From a virus, in the IMG/VR virus record IMGVR_UViG_3300022752_000025, positions 68,274-132,273 of that record: a stretch of 64,000 bases of DNA. The stretch is one strand, 5' to 3'. Below, one piece after another: positions 28,271 through 37,375 of this stretch. Made by a program: the position numbers and the translations under genes. How positions within the stretch are numbered: the stretch's first letter is position 1; each line of letters opens with the position of its first letter. The notes under the pieces are model-generated. The model was not told the origin of the DNA and did no database searches. It saw only the letters and a program-made list of their open reading frames with translations.

Positions 28271-28592
28271 ATCCTTAATTATTTAACTTTTCTTTGATAT
28301 CCAAAAGGGCTTTACCTCCAGATGTAATATATCTGAAGTTAAGTATTATCAATCCAACTTTTCTTTTGACTCCAAATTTATCACAATTTCAGCGATAAAC
28401 GGGCCATCGCACTTACGGATCAGAGGTAGCTTCGATCACTACATTCTGCGATGCCTACAGCTACATTCCCTTCTTTAGCCATATAATGTACAAATGAAGG
28501 TTTTAATAGTCGTCAGCCCTTGGGACGTTGCTATCTCAAGGATTGATAGTTGATTATTTGACATCAACAAACTGCTCTAATTGGGAACTATG
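28271..28592 (-). ncRNA. candidate structured non-coding RNA of unknown class
   Basis: ORF-free, GC-enriched, at least six hairpins; TTGACA-17-TATTAT promoter at ~28600-28628 points into it; strand uncertain. Confidence 0.45.
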
Positions 28593-28647
28593 TTGAATTA
28601 TAATATATTAATTTTATTTTTTTGTCAAAGTTTTTTATAATATAAAT

Positions 28648-28857
28648 ATGGAAATAATAAAAAATAAAGCCAGATGGTCCGTTTATTCTAAAAAATGCAT
28701 AAATCATTACAATCTTGATACTTGTATCATTTCTGATCGCCCAAATGAATATCCTTGTATTGCTATACCACAATTAATATCAGACGCAAATGGAACCAGA
28801 ATTAAATTTAATTTTATTTATAAAAAAGATTGCCAAAAACTTTTAAAAGCTTTATAA
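28648..28857 (+). CDS. small hypothetical protein
   Basis: 69-aa ORF with ATG just before the tmRNA promoter. Confidence 0.5.
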   Translation: MEIIKNKARWSVYSKKCINHYNLDTCIISDRPNEYPCIAIPQLISDANGTRIKFNFIYKKDCQKLLKAL

Positions 28858-28886
28858 TGTGTAAATATTAAAAGTTCTTTCTAATT

Positions 28887-29274
28887 GGGCGCGTACTGGT
28901 TTCGATTTTAGGAATCGAAATTAAAATGCAAGTAGAGGTTTAGGTGGGTCTCTTTAAAAAACCTTAAAAGTATTAACTGCCAAAACAGCTAAATACAAAG
29001 GTCATATCTCTGCTAGAGTTTCTCTAGTTGAGGAGACCGCTTCTGTAGCCTAAGTTCTACAGCGTGATTACCATGACACATCTAATGGATAATTGCGTAT
29101 TTAGATGTCTTTATTTATAAAGTTTTTTTATTCTTTATAAGTTTAGTATTCAAAATAAAATCGCCAATTATATTTGTTTTTCTTGTATAAAAGGTTAAAA
29201 ATAAGAAAAACTAAACTTGTAGTATTTTAATTTAAATTCTCTAAAAGACGAGAGTTCGAATCTCTCCGCGTCCA
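28887..29274 (+). ncRNA. ssrA: tmRNA
   Basis: GGGCGCG/CGCGTCC acceptor stem with G3-U70, GGTTTCGA, T-arm GAGAG-TTCGAAT-CTCTC; tag ORF 28979-29053 after TAACT: AKTAKYKGHISARVSLVEETASVA*. Confidence 0.93.
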
Positions 29275-29337
29275 AGGCAAAAAAAATAATCAATTTATAA
29301 AATTTTAGTGTAATAAAAAAATAAGAGGTAATATAAT

Positions 29338-29841
29338 ATGTCAACATCAGCAACTACAGATAGAAATGACCCAAATAGATGGCAAAATATTTCTAGGGTC
29401 CTTGTCAATGATACCGATTCATCTTTAACTGGAATTCCATTTGATGTAAGTCAAATTAATGATCTAGAAGGTCTAGCAAGAGATATAAGAGGTATGTTAA
29501 CTGGAATAGTTAATGGTTCAATTAATGTAAATCAATTTGATCTTAATCCTGTAACAGATGGAGTTACCTCTCATTCCCCAAAGAGCGCGTCTCCTTCAAA
29601 TTTTACTCCAGCATCTGCACATGGTACAATTTTAAATGCAAATGAAAGTAGAAAACAATTTTACATTCAAAATCTAGGAACACAAGGAGTTTATATTAAA
29701 CTCGGAACATCTCCAAGTTTAACTTCTTTTAACGTATTACTAACAGGAAATAATACAGCATATTCAGACCAAAGCTATACTGGCGTTGTTACAACAACTG
29801 GCGCAGCAAATAATCCATCTTTCATTGCTTGGGAAAGATAA
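29338..29841 (+). CDS. putative virion protein, paralog of the next gene
   Basis: NESRKQFYIQNL...YIKLG...SFN...YTGVV...WER shared with 29868-30263. Confidence 0.65.
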   Translation: MSTSATTDRNDPNRWQNISRVLVNDTDSSLTGIPFDVSQINDLEGLARDIRGMLTGIVNGSINVNQFDLNPVTDGVTSHSPKSASPSNFTPASAHGTILNANESRKQFYIQNLGTQGVYIKLGTSPSLTSFNVLLTGNNTAYSDQSYTGVVTTTGAANNPSFIAWER

Positions 29842-29867
29842 GTTTATTAGTTTAAAATATTTGCTTT

Positions 29868-30263
29868 ATGCCAAATATTGAATCTACAGATGTAACTGAG
29901 AAAAGAATATCATTAGTATATGATTCTGCAACAGATTCATATAAAGCTCAAAATTTATTAAGCGTAGACGAATTAACCTCTAAAGGATCAGTAATTTCAA
30001 ATTTTAGCGCTAGCGGTACTAATGGCTCTGCGCTTATTGGGAATGAAAATAGAGAAGAATTATATATCCAAAATCTATCTACAGGAATTTTGTATATTAA
30101 ATATGGATTGAATGCTTCTAATAATAGTTTTAATTTTATTTTAGCAGCCAATACAAGTAATAACGCAGGAGATGGTGGTAGTTTAAGCGATTTAAATTAT
30201 ACAGGATTAGTTAGTGTTAGCGGAATTGGAACCCCAAACTATATTAGTTGGGAACGTTCATAA
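29868..30263 (+). CDS. putative virion protein, paralog of the previous gene
   Basis: NENREELYIQNL...YIKYG...SFN...YTGLV...WERS. Confidence 0.65.
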   Translation: MPNIESTDVTEKRISLVYDSATDSYKAQNLLSVDELTSKGSVISNFSASGTNGSALIGNENREELYIQNLSTGILYIKYGLNASNNSFNFILAANTSNNAGDGGSLSDLNYTGLVSVSGIGTPNYISWERS

Positions 30264-30264
30264 A

Positions 30265-31305
30265 ATGAAAAAAGAATTAGAGTTTGATTTAAACTCTTTT
30301 TCCGCTGATAAAAAAAAGAAAAAAGCCCCATTAAATAAGCCTTTTAGACTTCCATCTGGAAGCAAAAAAAAATTTGGTGTTTATGTAAAAAATGATAAAG
30401 GTAATACTGTAATGGTTAAGTTTGGTGATCCAAATATGTCTATTAAAAGAGATAATCCAGAAAGGCGTAAAGCTTATAGAGCTAGGCATGGATGTTCTAG
30501 TCCTGGACCAAAATGGAAAGCTAATTATTGGAGTTGCAAAATGTGGAGCGCAAAACCAGTAAGTAAAATTACTGGAAGTGAAGAAGAAATTATTTTAGAA
30601 GCAGATATTCAAGCTAAAAATAAAGGTCTTTGGTATAATATTCAGCAAAAGAAAAAAAGAATGGGTAAGAATTATCGTCCAGCAAAGCCAGGTTCTCCAG
30701 ATCGCCCAACAGAAGAAGCAATTAAAAAAGCTCAAGCCTCAGAATATTTTAATGAAGAATATGAATGGGATGGCGAAACAGAATTTGATCAAATTATATT
30801 TCTAGAAGATAAATCGTTAGGTCAAGTCGAAGAGATAGAAGATGTCGAGAATGAATTTGAAGATTATAAAGAAGATTTTTACGAGATGATAGTTGGTTCA
30901 ATTAATTCTATATATCAACATTCAAAAAATGTAATAGAAAAACTAGATGATCCAATGGTTAAAGAAAATCTAACAGAGCCATTTTTACAACAAATGGCTG
31001 CTCTTGCAGAAGATTATATGATTACAATTCATAATTTTGTGATGTTCAATAAAGAAAATGAAGACATGCAAGAAAGTGAAGCATCTACAATATTTAGAAT
31101 CGGTGACAAAGTAAAAAATATTAATGCTGCTTGCAAACATTATGGAAGCGAAGGGATTGTCAAACAAATTAAAGAACTTCCAGAAGATATTGGATATGCA
31201 GTAGTTTACGAATGCACAAATGACGGCTCAACATGGAAAAGGGGCGACCTTTTAGGCAAAACTGAAATTCAACTTAAAAAGATTGAAAATAAAAAAGAAA
31301 TTTAA
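30265..31305 (+). CDS. multi-module phage protein (DUF6321-like N-terminus)
   Basis: LNKPFR..KKFGVYVK..VKFGDPNM..RARHGC..ANYWSC, then GLWYNI and HYGSEG modules; start moved to ATG 30265. Confidence 0.7.
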   Translation: MKKELEFDLNSFSADKKKKKAPLNKPFRLPSGSKKKFGVYVKNDKGNTVMVKFGDPNMSIKRDNPERRKAYRARHGCSSPGPKWKANYWSCKMWSAKPVSKITGSEEEIILEADIQAKNKGLWYNIQQKKKRMGKNYRPAKPGSPDRPTEEAIKKAQASEYFNEEYEWDGETEFDQIIFLEDKSLGQVEEIEDVENEFEDYKEDFYEMIVGSINSIYQHSKNVIEKLDDPMVKENLTEPFLQQMAALAEDYMITIHNFVMFNKENEDMQESEASTIFRIGDKVKNINAACKHYGSEGIVKQIKELPEDIGYAVVYECTNDGSTWKRGDLLGKTEIQLKKIENKKEI

Positions 31306-31816
31306 AAAACTGTTTGGTAGATCAAAACTAATATTAGTTGGACTTGCGGTAATAATATCTTGGTGGTTTTTCTTTAAATGGGGTTTTAATTTTAAATATT
31401 ATACATCAGTAACAAATATACCTAATTCATGTTTTGTTGATTCTTTAATTTGGGCTTCTAAATGTAATTTTTATCTTAAAACTCATACAGATGTTTGGAA
31501 TACGATATATTGTTTTGTTTATTTTTATAAAGATGATCCAGATATGATAATCGGTCATGCGGTAACAATATTCGAATACGCTAATTCATTATGGATGTAT
31601 GATCCTAATTGGGGAACAATGCCAATTGGTTCTGCTGGAAATAAAGAAGAATATCAAGAAAAAATTAAATTATATATTTCTAAAACTTACGGTATAATAA
31701 TTAAAGAAGGATTTTTTGCAGATGATTGGGTATATGTGCAAAGATTAAAAGAAAAAAAAATGAACGAAATTAAACCAGAGGTGTCTATTCATTTAGATGA
31801 ACTCAAAAAGGAGTAA
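31283..31816 (+). CDS. membrane-anchored papain/transglutaminase-like protein
   Basis: TM helix, then NSC...GHAV...YDPN Cys-His-Asp arrangement. Confidence 0.55.
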   Translation: MKIKKKFKKLFGRSKLILVGLAVIISWWFFFKWGFNFKYYTSVTNIPNSCFVDSLIWASKCNFYLKTHTDVWNTIYCFVYFYKDDPDMIIGHAVTIFEYANSLWMYDPNWGTMPIGSAGNKEEYQEKIKLYISKTYGIIIKEGFFADDWVYVQRLKEKKMNEIKPEVSIHLDELKKE

Positions 31817-31822
31817 GGAAAT

Positions 31823-33784
31823 ATGAAAATGAACCTATTTAAAAGGTTACTAAAAAATACAGCCGCAAGTTTAATTGCGGTTTTTTTATGCTCAAATGCC
31901 AAAGCCGCAACATTATATTGGGATGTTAATGGTGCGACTTCTGGAGTTGGCGGCTCTGGAAATTGGACAACCACAGGAACAACATGGTCCACCGACCCCA
32001 ATGGAACAACTACAACTGTATCTGGAGGTTGGACAAGCGCGGGAACGGGACCAACTAATGCGGCTATATTTCAAGGAACATCTGGTCAAGTTACTTTAAG
32101 TAGTAGTACTGTATACGCAAATAATGTTCAAGTAAATTCTTCTGGTTATACTTTTTGGAATAGTGGCACTACATCTTCACAAAATAGGTATATTAGAAGT
32201 ACGAATGGTATAACACTTGGAGTTGGAGTAAATTTAAATTGGGGATCATCTGGTGCAGTTTTGGGAGTAACTGGTCCTATAAATGGTGGCGCAGGTTCAC
32301 TATTAACTATTGTGGGTGGTACGGATGCTTCTACTGGTGTTAATTCAAGAATCGGACTTTCTTCTAACGCTATAGCAACAGCCATCAATGTTCCCATGAC
32401 TGTAGCTACTACAGGTACAGGATATGCAGTAGTATCCGTAACCGATTCTTCTACTACAAATAGAATTAACGGAAATATTACCATAAATAATGGATCTAAA
32501 CTTATTCTTGGGACAGGATCATCTACAAGTAGAGCATTAATTGTAACTGGCACTATTACTTCTTCTGCAGATGGAGCTTTATCTATTAATGAAAGTGGAA
32601 ATACTGGGCTAGTAGAATTAAGGGGTAATAATATTTTAAGTGGAGATATTAATGTATATGGTCAATTAGGATATGCAAATAAAAATGCATTTGGTACAGC
32701 GAGATTAGTTCTTAACCAAGGCGCAACTTTAGGCCAAAGTCAAACTATTGGTGATAATAGTGACGCAGCAAGAATAATTAATAATAATATTCTACTAAAT
32801 GGAGATGTTACTATTGGCGGATTAAGTTGGGCAAATATTCTTGGTGGTAATATAGATTTAAATAATGCTACTAGATCTATTAAAGTAGACAACTCTACTA
32901 CCATTTATGGAGGATTTGTTAATAGCACTACAGGTTTAATATTTACAAATAGTTCAAGTTCTGTAGGAGGTAGAACAATGGCATTTAATGGCGCTAGTAC
33001 ATATTCTGGTAATACATATTTTAATTCTAGTGGAACAGGCTGGAATATTAGTGTGAATAATACTAATGGATCTGCTTTTGGAAGTGGAAATGTTTATGTA
33101 TATAAAGGAACTTCTTTAAGTGCAAATAATACAGGCACAACATTAAGTGGAAATGGAATTATCGCTGGAACAATTGGTGGAGATGCTATTGTAAGTCCAG
33201 GAAATAGTCCAGGATTATTAACTGTAGGAGCAGTAGACCCAAGCGCAGGAATGAGTTTTGCATTTGAGATTACTAGCGACTTATTGCATAATGGTACATC
33301 TTATAATAATGATATATTGAAAATAACAAATACTCCACCATTTACTGTAGCATTGACATCTGCAAATATTGTTAATCTATATTTAAATTCAAATGCATAT
33401 AATTTAATGTATAATAATTTATTATCTGGGATAAGTTCATCTTTTCAAACTGGATTTTTTAATGCTAATGATTTTAATACTGATATAGCAAATGCAACTT
33501 ATAATATGTATTTTCAAAGTGGATTTGGAACAGCTGTATTTAATGGATTAACATACGAAACATATAATGAATTCTTAACTAGAACTTCATTATCTGATGC
33601 TTCTTACTTTGTCAATACCAGCTCCACAACGCTTGTTGATTCTAATTTTGGATTTATATCTACAGTAAATGTTATTCCCGAACCTTCTGTTTCTGATCTT
33701 ATAAATATACCTATTAAAACTCTAAAGTATGTAATTAAATTACATGCTTCTTTAGGGCCCACATATAATGAAAGGGGTTATTGA
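31823..33784 (+). CDS. exported autotransporter-associated beta-strand repeat protein with degenerate PEP-CTERM tail
   Basis: Signal peptide, LYWD..GGSGNW, TYSGNT repeats, SPGNSPGLL, VIPEPS not followed by a clean TM/basic tail. Confidence 0.8.
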   Translation: MKMNLFKRLLKNTAASLIAVFLCSNAKAATLYWDVNGATSGVGGSGNWTTTGTTWSTDPNGTTTTVSGGWTSAGTGPTNAAIFQGTSGQVTLSSSTVYANNVQVNSSGYTFWNSGTTSSQNRYIRSTNGITLGVGVNLNWGSSGAVLGVTGPINGGAGSLLTIVGGTDASTGVNSRIGLSSNAIATAINVPMTVATTGTGYAVVSVTDSSTTNRINGNITINNGSKLILGTGSSTSRALIVTGTITSSADGALSINESGNTGLVELRGNNILSGDINVYGQLGYANKNAFGTARLVLNQGATLGQSQTIGDNSDAARIINNNILLNGDVTIGGLSWANILGGNIDLNNATRSIKVDNSTTIYGGFVNSTTGLIFTNSSSSVGGRTMAFNGASTYSGNTYFNSSGTGWNISVNNTNGSAFGSGNVYVYKGTSLSANNTGTTLSGNGIIAGTIGGDAIVSPGNSPGLLTVGAVDPSAGMSFAFEITSDLLHNGTSYNNDILKITNTPPFTVALTSANIVNLYLNSNAYNLMYNNLLSGISSSFQTGFFNANDFNTDIANATYNMYFQSGFGTAVFNGLTYETYNEFLTRTSLSDASYFVNTSSTTLVDSNFGFISTVNVIPEPSVSDLINIPIKTLKYVIKLHASLGPTYNERGY

Positions 33785-33787
33785 TTT

Positions 33788-34630
33788 ATGAAAAAACTAA
33801 TAACAACAATACTAACAGCGCTTTTAATTACAACAATAGTTATTCAAGCGCAAATAATTACATCTTGGAACGCTTACAATGATTTCTATTTAGCTCCTAT
33901 TACAAGTGGATGGACAGGAGCAGTAGATCCAAGTCAAGCAGGTAATGCTTGGGGTTATTACGCAGGTAATGTTAATGGTTTTGGATATCCAACACAGATT
34001 GGTTCTTATTTTACAACAAGTTTTTCTGGTATTGGTAGTCAAAGTCTTTATCAATTTTCTGATATATCTCCTTTAGGACCAGGATATGTATTTGCAAATA
34101 CTTTATGGGATGCTACTGGAGGTATGGGATTTGCTCGTTATCAAGATAACTTGGGATGGGGAGTTAGCTTAGGTCGTTATGATAATCCATGGTTTTCGGG
34201 AGCCCCAGGTTTATCTAGAGGACTAAGCAATCTTATTTGGATGCAATCTGGTTGGCTAGGAGGAACTGGGTCAGAGGGTATTGCTTCTGTGCTATCTTTT
34301 ACAATACCAGAAACAGGAACATATACTTTTACTGGTAAATTTATTGCAGGCGCTCAAGGCGCTAACGGAGCATCAGTTGCTATTGTTGATAGTCTTAATA
34401 CTCCTCTATTATCTAGAACTACAATGATAAGCGATGAACTGACTAATTTTAATTTTACTAAAACTTATAATACTGGAGATGTCGTGGAGTTTCAAGTAGG
34501 AAGCAATTTTACCACAGGTAATGCAGTAGGTTTAGATTTATATGTTATACCAGAACCTTCTTCATTTTCATTGTTAATAATTGGTGGAACAATGTTATAT
34601 GGCTTAAGGAAACTAAGAAAAAATGGATAA
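33788..34630 (+). CDS. PEP-CTERM sorting domain protein
   Basis: Signal peptide; C-terminus VIPEPSSFSLLIIGGTMLYGLRKLRK. Confidence 0.88.
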   Translation: MKKLITTILTALLITTIVIQAQIITSWNAYNDFYLAPITSGWTGAVDPSQAGNAWGYYAGNVNGFGYPTQIGSYFTTSFSGIGSQSLYQFSDISPLGPGYVFANTLWDATGGMGFARYQDNLGWGVSLGRYDNPWFSGAPGLSRGLSNLIWMQSGWLGGTGSEGIASVLSFTIPETGTYTFTGKFIAGAQGANGASVAIVDSLNTPLLSRTTMISDELTNFNFTKTYNTGDVVEFQVGSNFTTGNAVGLDLYVIPEPSSFSLLIIGGTMLYGLRKLRKNG

Positions 34631-34862
34631 TAAGTTGAAAACTTTGTTAAAAGAAAATTATTATACTCCAACTTCTGAACAAACAGAAAAGTTTATACAT
34701 AATTTCCATCAATATAGAGCTAAAAAGAAAGCAGAAGAAAAAACATATTATTCTTTAGCACTAGTAGTTTTATTAATCGTTACTCTATTAGGATCAATAG
34801 TCATAAAAGAAACAACAAATAGACTAGATATACAAACCGCAGCAGGAGAAGTCCAAAAATGA
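34623..34862 (+). CDS. single-pass membrane protein (anti-sigma-like topology)
   Basis: Short helical N-terminus, basic patch, one TM helix. Confidence 0.55.
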   Translation: MDNKLKTLLKENYYTPTSEQTEKFIHNFHQYRAKKKAEEKTYYSLALVVLLIVTLLGSIVIKETTNRLDIQTAAGEVQK

Positions 34863-35185
34863 AAAAAATATTATTAATTATATTAGCGGCAATAGCTTTA
34901 ACCACTTATTGTCATACAGAAAATCAAATTAAAATATCTTTAAAAAGAAATAACAAAGGCGAAATTCTTTTAAATATAACAGGTCATTCTAATCCAATCA
35001 TAATTGAAATGAACAATAAAACTACAACATTTGATGTAAATGATAAAGAGATAAATCTTGATGCAGTTTTAGACGCAGAAATAGAACCAGTAGATACAGC
35101 AAGCGGTACAGAGCAGTCTAATATAGATAATCAAATTCCTCCAGTTATGAGTAATTTTAATCCTCCATTAGCTACCCCATATTAG
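34859..35185 (+). CDS. small exported hypothetical protein
   Basis: Signal peptide, acidic/Pro-rich C-terminus. Confidence 0.55.
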   Translation: MKKILLIILAAIALTTYCHTENQIKISLKRNNKGEILLNITGHSNPIIIEMNNKTTTFDVNDKEINLDAVLDAEIEPVDTASGTEQSNIDNQIPPVMSNFNPPLATPY

Positions 35186-35200
35186 TGTAAGACTTATGTT

Positions 35201-35467
35201 ATGTTTAATAAAATTATAAAATGGTGGAATGATTTAGAATTATATAATAAAGTATTTTTTATTTTATTTACTCCAGCAATGCTTTTTACTCTTTGGGGGA
35301 TGAGTGATCTTTATATTAATTACTTTGATGAATTAACAAGAGAGGATCACTTGCAGTTTTTCTTGAGAATATTCTTTCCTGTTAGTTTGGCTACATTTAT
35401 AACAGTACTAGAAAGAAGAAAAAGAAAACAATTAATAAAAGACATTAAAGATTATCTTGATAAATAA
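35201..35467 (+). CDS. two-TM small membrane protein
   Basis: Two hydrophobic helices, basic tail; GTGTAA upstream. Confidence 0.6.
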   Translation: MFNKIIKWWNDLELYNKVFFILFTPAMLFTLWGMSDLYINYFDELTREDHLQFFLRIFFPVSLATFITVLERRKRKQLIKDIKDYLDK

Positions 35468-35483
35468 GGTGTAATTTATCTAA

Positions 35484-35873
35484 ATGATAGTAAAAGGCAC
35501 AAAACAATTAGGGTCTTTTAAAAGAGGAATAAATTTATATATTCCTAAAAAAAATCAATCCGTATTATTAGAACAAGTTATTTGGAGAGTTTTATTGTCT
35601 GGCGCTGGAAGCCCTGAGTTTGATTTGGAATATTCTTGGAATGGCACAAATACATTAAATGGTAAACCAGTTTATACGCAAACAGTTTATGGGAGCACTC
35701 CAGTTTATATAGTATGGAACTCTGGAGTTAGTTCTTGGTTTTTAACATTTAATTCAACAGACTCAGACCGAGCAGAGCGTGTTTATGCAAGTGTTGATTT
35801 AATCGTATGGACAAGACCTAATGCTGGCGGGGATGATCCTCCTCCAGCTGGGCAATTGTTTTATACTCCATAA
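35484..35873 (+). CDS. hypothetical protein
   Basis: 129-aa ORF; GTGTAA upstream. Confidence 0.6.
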   Translation: MIVKGTKQLGSFKRGINLYIPKKNQSVLLEQVIWRVLLSGAGSPEFDLEYSWNGTNTLNGKPVYTQTVYGSTPVYIVWNSGVSSWFLTFNSTDSDRAERVYASVDLIVWTRPNAGGDDPPPAGQLFYTP

Positions 35874-35892
35874 AACGGTTTTTTATAAATAA

Positions 35893-35967
35893 TTATTTAA
35901 TTCTAGCTTCTAAATAAAATATATAAACAAAAACAGCAATACAAATTAATATAGAAGAAATAGTCAT
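35893..35967 (-). CDS. 24-aa hydrophobic micropeptide
   Basis: MTISSILICIAVFVYIFYLEARIK; own GTGTAA motif at 35977-35982. Confidence 0.45.
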   Translation of the reverse strand: MTISSILICIAVFVYIFYLEARIK

Positions 35968-36008
35968 TATATTTACTTACACATTTTTATATAGTGTAAT
36001 TTTATTAT

Positions 36009-36824
36009 ATGTATAACTTGAGAAATGGAGAGAAAAATTTTATGATATATAATAATAGTCAATTTAATATTTATAAAGATCCAAAAGATTTTTTATTAAT
36101 TAATGATATAAGAAAAGACCAAATATCCACAATAGGAGAACTACATTACGACACAGTAGGACAAAGCATAAAAACAGTGTTTATAGCCGAAGAAAATGAT
36201 AAATTTGTAAGAAATGAATTTTTAAATACAAAAAATAGAATAAATTATAATTTAAGTTATACACCATCAACTTTTACAGCAACATTTGATTATAAGGCTA
36301 GAGGAGGAGATGGCGCAGACGGAGGATATTTCTATTTTTACGCAAAAGGCACTCAAAATCCTAATACTGGAGAACTATGCCAAATAGAAGATAGAGAACA
36401 AGATCAAATTTCATACTATAGATGCGATAGTTTTCCAAATGGAAAATATTCAAATTCACCAGATTTTGATGCATATAGAATTCATTTTGATGAGTATGTA
36501 TATAATCAACAATTAGCTATATCTTGGGGAGGATATCAAGGTGAAAATGTAGATGAAGAAAATATTATTAGTACAATTGGTACAGTTGAGGACTATCCCG
36601 CAGGATTTGATTTTGGAGATGGCACATGGAGAAATATTAAAATTAATTTTGATAAAGGATTTTTTAGAATTTCCGTAGATGGAAATATTTTAATAGAATC
36701 TACGGACTCATTATATTCCTCAAGAGATCTTAGCGGAAATAATTTTGGATTAGGAGGATATGTGGGTGGATTAAATAATTATCATTATTTTAAAAATTTT
36801 AAATTTTATAATTTAATTTTTTAG
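36009..36824 (+). CDS. L-type (legume/ConA-fold) lectin-like protein
   Basis: GADG.YFYF, FDEY, DGTWRNIKI, FG..GYVGGLNNYH. Confidence 0.65.
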   Translation: MYNLRNGEKNFMIYNNSQFNIYKDPKDFLLINDIRKDQISTIGELHYDTVGQSIKTVFIAEENDKFVRNEFLNTKNRINYNLSYTPSTFTATFDYKARGGDGADGGYFYFYAKGTQNPNTGELCQIEDREQDQISYYRCDSFPNGKYSNSPDFDAYRIHFDEYVYNQQLAISWGGYQGENVDEENIISTIGTVEDYPAGFDFGDGTWRNIKINFDKGFFRISVDGNILIESTDSLYSSRDLSGNNFGLGGYVGGLNNYHYFKNFKFYNLIF

Positions 36825-36849
36825 CGTCAAGGATAGAACTTGACGCTAA
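36821..36849. terminator. bidirectional hairpin terminator between convergent genes
   Basis: TTAGCGTCAAG-GATAGAA-CTTGACGCTAA perfect 11-bp stem. Confidence 0.7.
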
Positions 36850-36857
36850 GATTATTA

Positions 36858-37214
36858 TTAGTCTATTTTGATTTTATTTTGTAATTTTTTGTTCTCTTTT
36901 CCAAAAGTAATTAACAATAAACCATCTTCATGTTTTGCTTTTACTTCTGAAAGATCTACTTTTCTTGGTAAGTAAAAAGTTTTTTCATATTTTACTCTAC
37001 CTTCTTTTCTTGTACCTTTAATAGTTAAATATTCTTGATTTGTAATAATATCAATATTTTCTTTTTTAAATCCCGCAAGAGGGACTTCAAGAGAATATTG
37101 ATCATTTTCTAACACAAAGTCAGAATATCCTTTATCATGATTAAATATAGAATCATTAAATATATTCTCAAATATATCTAATGGTCTATGTCCATTTCTT
37201 AATGTTAATAGCAT
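36858..37214 (-). CDS. Hsp20/alpha-crystallin small heat shock protein
   Basis: LAGFKKENIDI, LTIKG, FYLP..VD..VKAKHEDGLLLI; strong AAGGAGG Shine-Dalgarno. Confidence 0.92.
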   Translation of the reverse strand: MLLTLRNGHRPLDIFENIFNDSIFNHDKGYSDFVLENDQYSLEVPLAGFKKENIDIITNQEYLTIKGTRKEGRVKYEKTFYLPRKVDLSEVKAKHEDGLLLITFGKENKKLQNKIKID

Positions 37215-37243
37215 AATTTTATGCCTCCTTTATATTATTTATA

Positions 37244-37337
37244 TGCAAGATATATGCCAACTTTCTACAGAGATAATCATGATAAAAAGAGACAAAATGG
37301 CATTAAATATAATTAATAATATAGACAAAATGTCGCA
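37244..37337 (-). promoter_or_regulatory. sigma-54 (-24/-12) promoter of hsp20 with two upstream activator-like boxes
   Basis: TGGCATATATCTTGCA (37259-37244), GG-N10-GC; repeats GACAAAATGGCA (37291) and GACAAAATGTCGCA (37324). Confidence 0.7.
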
Positions 37338-37375
37338 TTTCTAGTTGTATTAATTTTATGTGTATATATTTATAT

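Noticed and set aside
28271-28592. RNase P RNA or group II intron
   Set aside because: No GAGGAAAGUCC/P4 signature and no domain V hairpin found on either strand.
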